DNA of 64,000 nucleotides from an archaeon (GTDB lineage Archaea > Nanobdellota > Nanobdellia > Pacearchaeales > GW2011-AR1), in contig JBDROH010000022.1 of assembly GCA_043810285.1 (NCBI GenBank), forward strand, positions 8,484 through 72,483, given 5' to 3'. Each line of letters begins with the position of its first letter. The stretch's first letter is position 1. Below, in pieces: positions 60,801 to 64,000 of this stretch. The notes beneath the pieces are model-generated. The model worked only from the letters and a program-made list of their open reading frames with translations, was not told the DNA's origin and ran no database searches. The position numbers and the translations under genes were made by a program.

Positions 60801-61149
60801 TCATAATTGGAATTCTTCCAAGTTCTACCTTTTCAGTTTCAATCTGTCCTGCATAATTAATTGTCATCTCTATCCAAATTGGAGCTGAATAAGTTAATTT
60901 TCTTAACCTTGCCTCTGCAGGAGTTACCAGCTTCGAAGAACCATCCGACTCGATTATATTTGGTTTACCTACAATAACCTTTCCCAGTTTAATTTCAAAA
61001 TCCTCATTAGGTAATGAATCCGAAAGTCCAGTAACAATTTCCTGCATCCTAGTTTCAACAAAATCATTAAAAGATTTAATATTAGATTCGACTAGCGAAT
61101 GATTTTTCAAAAACTCTCTAACTAAAATATGATCATTTATCGCAACCAT
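57886..61149 (-). CDS. rpoB: RNA polymerase subunit B, unsplit
   Basis: GYFLINGNERV, CPIETPEG, GDKFS, RLGEME; start at MVAIND. Confidence 0.96.
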   Translation of the reverse strand: MVAINDHILVREFLKNHSLVESNIKSFNDFVETRMQEIVTGLSDSLPNEDFEIKLGKVIVGKPNIIESDGSSKLVTPAEARLRKLTYSAPIWIEMTINYAGQIETEKVELGRIPIMIKSGACNLNGMSEEDLIKNYIDPKDTGGYFLINGNERVMVMAEDLASNQTFIEWQKIKKRLVLRLFSQKDAYKIPISLSENSEGILEVSFSRFRDIPAMVLLKALGLSSDADIAKLVRKQTDGLIVNFYEFATVTNVNDALMWIAEKSSLQGTNKEMLDRVKQRIDSYFLPHIGLNKETRLEKAKTLCKFIKQFYVTKENPKDSMTDKDHYANKRVRLSGDLLSDLFRVNMSILLREVQHTLQKTVKRRKFFSIKTIAKSTLFTHRIESAIATGSWIGERNGVTQNMDMNNSFSVMSQLQRVTSTLPGEQENLAARTVHPTHYGRFCPIETPEGTEIGLRKNLALLARISTRTLMDHGNILNILKGFVNKNDEGDIDIFYNGRFIGVTNDVRAFVSVVRDYRREGKLPIEMSVKFDKFLDTVFISSEIGRVIRPLIIVENGVSKLRTEHLELIRNGSLTWEGLFKEKILEYLDAAEEDDCYVALNESDLTEEHTHLEVDPVDLLGVSVALIPFGNHSPPARMVKGGSRAYRQGLGLYAGNFPVRIDTDVSLLHYPQKPLVRTFIYDTLDVHPVGQNVILGILPYEGYNIEDATVLNKGSVDRGLARSSRFRPYVSVELNYAGGLKDEIVVPDKDVSGYRTEESYRFLEDDGIVYPEAEMISGEVVIGKISPPKFLSEAREISIQTKNEASSAIRQEETGIIDAVFVAQDKEGNKIVQVRTRELRIPEIGDKFSNPHSQKGIVGMVAPEADIPFTVNGIRPDIMFNPHGIPSRMTVSYLMDILGGKVAALSGKIIDASAFTGETIDTLENNLKKLGFRENGKEIMYNGISGQRMPVKIFIGNMFYLKLKYMVADRLHARASGKIALLTRQPIEGRARGGALRLGEMEQEALVGHGASLLLKERYDSDKVLIHICSKCGSLVIDDKIHNKKVCRLCHSNQVEPIEVSYAFKLLIEELQGLHIITKFHLKNKYE

Positions 61150-61150
61150 T

Positions 61151-61354
61151 TTAAATAACCACCCGAAAATATACCTCTGCAAAATCGCCTTTCCTCTCAA
61201 TCTTCACAACATCTCCAGTATTGCAACCTTCTGGAAGAGCTGGATCTTTCTTAGAAATTTTAGGCAGTTGTGCTAAAGCAATATTAAATTGTGCTAAAAT
61301 CCTCTCAGCTTCGTCGGAATTCAATTTCTCGTGCTTCGGTTGGAGGGCGTGCAT
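61151..61354 (-). CDS. rpoH: RNA polymerase subunit H
   Basis: HALQPKH, QLPKI...DP, GDVVKIER, YFRVV. Confidence 0.93.
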   Translation of the reverse strand: MHALQPKHEKLNSDEAERILAQFNIALAQLPKISKKDPALPEGCNTGDVVKIERKGDFAEVYFRVVI

Positions 61355-61459
61355 TTCTGTTAGTAAAATATAAATTTTTAGATAAGAAAAATATCAAAAA
61401 TAGCTTTAAAAATCTTTTGCTTTTGTTATTCAAAAGTAGTTCGGGCAAAAATCAAGAAA

Positions 61460-62125
61460 TTATAATCTATTTTTTATTTGAGAGTAAATTTCAGTTCTAG
61501 AACACTTAGGTTTAAGATAATCTTTGACCTTCGAACCGATTAGAATTTCAGAAAAACTGTTACTCAAATTTAAAAAAAATGCTTCAGGACCCAAGCCTTT
61601 AATTAAATGAGGCAAATCAACAAGTTTTCTTCGAATTTTCTCTTGTTTCTTTTCAATCTTTAAATTATTAATATTAAAAGGCACACCCAAAGATGAATCA
61701 AATACATTATTAAACGACGCTTCAATTCTAGATTGCTCACTCGGAAAAATAATCTGTTCTTTCCCTAAATCAAAATCAATACCCTCGCCAGTTAAAACAC
61801 CATAATCTAGATGAAATTGAGTTGAAAATGTCATCTTTATAGGTAAGACCATCTTTGAAGTATCATTAAAAGAATCAATATATTTTATAGGTTCTCGATG
61901 ATACCTCACAATAGCTATTTCTTTACCTCTAGAATCCCTTACTTGATTATCCAATTCATAAAAAGATTTCCAAGATATAGAATTTGTGCCAACAGAACAA
62001 AAAACAAAATCATCAAACTTTTTCCCTAAACTTTCTTCTCCCTCCTTAATTCGTTCCCTTAAAGAATTAATTTCATCGTGTGTGTCTTGTAACTTCTTCG
62101 AAAGTCCTTCAACCCTTTCATTCAT
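61460..62125 (-). CDS. Hypothetical protein
   Basis: 221-aa ORF with SD-like GGAGG and TATA upstream. Confidence 0.6.
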   Translation of the reverse strand: MNERVEGLSKKLQDTHDEINSLRERIKEGEESLGKKFDDFVFCSVGTNSISWKSFYELDNQVRDSRGKEIAIVRYHREPIKYIDSFNDTSKMVLPIKMTFSTQFHLDYGVLTGEGIDFDLGKEQIIFPSEQSRIEASFNNVFDSSLGVPFNINNLKIEKKQEKIRRKLVDLPHLIKGLGPEAFFLNLSNSFSEILIGSKVKDYLKPKCSRTEIYSQIKNRL

Positions 62126-62289
62126 AAAAAATAAACCTCCTGAGACTATTTAAAAACTTATATGATAAAGATATATATTCAAATTTATTTGAGGATAAAT
62201 TTATTCTTGCCTTAAATATTCCGCCCTGTATGTACTTCTGGTGAAGCAATCCCACAAGTTTTTAAATCAAAATTTCTCATAGATACTAT

Positions 62290-62364
62290 GGCTCCGTAGC
62301 TCAGTCTGGCTAGAGCACTGGACTTTTAATCCAGGTGTCGGGGGTTCAAATCCCCTCGGGGCCA
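62290..62364 (+). tRNA. tRNA-Lys(TTT)
   Basis: GGCTCCG/CGGGGCC acceptor, CTGGA-CTTTTAA-TCCAG arm, TTCAAAT T-loop. Confidence 0.95.
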
Positions 62365-62417
62365 TAAGTGCTATCGAAGATAGCACATATTCTCTGGAGA
62401 TTTTAAGTCACGGCAAA

Positions 62418-62511
62418 GTCGGGGGCGAAGAATTTGCTCCGAGTAAAATAAAATTCAGATAGATATTTTTACGAGGTGTGAATTATGAGTAAAATCCCCT
62501 CGGGGCCATAA
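62418..62511 (+). repeat. Copy of the tRNA-Lys T-arm/3' end with 66-nt hairpin insert
   Basis: GTCGGGGG-[insert]-AAATCCCCTCGGGGCCATAA vs tRNA GTCGGGGG-TTC-AAATCCCCTCGGGGCCATAA. Confidence 0.85.
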
Positions 62512-62566
62512 AAATTTGAAATCACGAACAACATAGTTTTAAATAATCCAACGCTTATTTTTTCTG

Positions 62567-62977
62567 ATGTATAAGTTTTTAGAACATACTGCAGATGTAA
62601 AATTCAGAATTGAGAGTCCTACAATTGAAGAACTGTTCAGTTCGGCCGCCGAAGCTTTAAACGAAACTATTCGAGGAGATATTAAGATTTTAGAACAAGA
62701 AGAGAAGAGTTTTGAAATTGAAGGAAAAGATTTAGAAGAACTCCTCTACAACTTTTTAGAAGAATTTTTATTTTTACTAGATGCTGAAGATTTTCTAATT
62801 TCAAAAATTAAAAGTATTCAAATTGATTTAGAAAATAAAAGAATAAAATGTGCTGTAACAGGAGATAAAGCAGATAATTATAAATTTACTAACGACGTTA
62901 AGGCAATAACCTATAACGAAATGTTCGTCAAAAAAAAAGAGGGCAAGTTTATTTGTGAGGTAGTTTTAGATGTATAA
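62567..62977 (+). CDS. Archease
   Basis: YKFLEHTADV, DVKAITY, VLDV. Confidence 0.93.
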   Translation: MYKFLEHTADVKFRIESPTIEELFSSAAEALNETIRGDIKILEQEEKSFEIEGKDLEELLYNFLEEFLFLLDAEDFLISKIKSIQIDLENKRIKCAVTGDKADNYKFTNDVKAITYNEMFVKKKEGKFICEVVLDV

Positions 62978-64000
62978 AGAACAGTTGAAAAAAATATCTG
63001 AATTTGAATACGAATTACCTAGAACTGGTAAAATGAATGTCCCAGGGAAATTATTTTTATCCGAAAAATTATTAAACGACGTCGAGGAAAATTCTCTTAA
63101 ACAAATTGCCAACGTTGCAACGCTACCAGGAATTCAAAAATATTCAATTGGTCTTTCAGATATGCATACTGGTTACGGATTTCCTATCGGGGGTGTAGCC
63201 GCATTTGACATTGAAACTGGAATTATTAGCCCGGGGGGAGTTGGCTACGATATTAATTGCTCAGTTCGTTTACTAAAAACGAATTTAAAGATAGACGATT
63301 TAAAAGGAAAGGAAAAAGAAATTACACATTCATTATTCAGGACAATTCCCTCGGGAGTTGGTCACGGCGGAAAGTTGAATCTTAATGAAAAAGAATTAAA
63401 TAAAGTTCTCCTCGGAGGAGCACAATGGGCTGTTGAGAAAGGTTATGGTAAGAAAGAAGATTATTTACATATTGAAGAAAATGGAAAGTTAGAAAATGCC
63501 AACCCGTCGGCCGTATCACAAAGAGCAAAAAGTCGAGGCATGCCCCAATTAGGCTCGCTCGGTGCTGGAAACCATTTTTTAGATGTATTACTCGTCGATG
63601 AAATTTTTGATAAAAACATCGCGAAAGTTTTTGGTTTAGAGAAAGAACAAATCGTTATTATGATTCATTGTGGTTCACGAGGATTAGGGCATCAAGTAGC
63701 TTCGGATTATATTAAGCTGATGGACAATGAATATGGACATCCAGATTTTGATAGAGAATTAGTAAATGCTCCAATTAAATCCGAACTTGGAAAGAGATAT
63801 TTATCTGCGATGGCCTGTGCCGCAAACTTTGCATTTGCGAACAAACAATTAATCACTCATTGGATTCGTGAAAATATGAAAAATTATTTCCCTGACTTCA
63901 AAGCAGAAGTAGTATACGATATTTGCCATAACATTGCAAAATTTGAAAATCATATTATCGATGGAAAAGAGAGAAAAGTTTTGGTTATGAGGAAAGGAGC
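62970..64000 (+). CDS. rtcB: RtcB RNA ligase, runs off the right edge
   Basis: Not in the ORF track. MYKEQLKK..., DMHTGYGFPIGGV, GGVGYDINC, GSLGAGNHF, HCGSRGLGH, MRKG. Confidence 0.95.
   Translation, partial: MYKEQLKKISEFEYELPRTGKMNVPGKLFLSEKLLNDVEENSLKQIANVATLPGIQKYSIGLSDMHTGYGFPIGGVAAFDIETGIISPGGVGYDINCSVRLLKTNLKIDDLKGKEKEITHSLFRTIPSGVGHGGKLNLNEKELNKVLLGGAQWAVEKGYGKKEDYLHIEENGKLENANPSAVSQRAKSRGMPQLGSLGAGNHFLDVLLVDEIFDKNIAKVFGLEKEQIVIMIHCGSRGLGHQVASDYIKLMDNEYGHPDFDRELVNAPIKSELGKRYLSAMACAANFAFANKQLITHWIRENMKNYFPDFKAEVVYDICHNIAKFENHIIDGKERKVLVMRKG

Overview
AT-rich archaeal chromosome segment, most likely from a DPANN archaeon of the Pacearchaeota type. This is inferred from the archaeal information genes, fused RpoA'A'', unsplit RpoB and compact gene set. 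The right half is core machinery: rpoH-rpoB-rpoA-L30e-nusA-S12-S7-EF2-EF1a, ileS, dph5, CCA enzyme, pyrH, Rpp30 and archease-rtcB. The middle holds a tightly packed sugar-fermentation operon (PfkB kinase, FBP aldolase, cupin PGI, GH15, TPI, trimeric [FeFe]-hydrogenase, ROK kinase). The left part holds a GGDEF diguanylate cyclase, a DinG/XPD helicase, an intact IS481-family element and a ~9.5 kb accessory island ending at a tyrosine integrase and tRNA-Asp. Two unexplained structures stand out. (1) The island is cut into 0.3-2.8 kb modules by repeated, co-oriented copies of the tRNA-Asp 3' end, several joined to a conserved promoter-plus-hairpin element, giving an integron-like cassette array anchored on a tRNA. 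(2) Three other tRNAs (Ser, Trp, Lys) are each followed by a copy of their own T-arm/acceptor end in which the T-loop is replaced by a related ~56-66 nt hairpin. All calls come from reading motifs by eye; no database searches were run.
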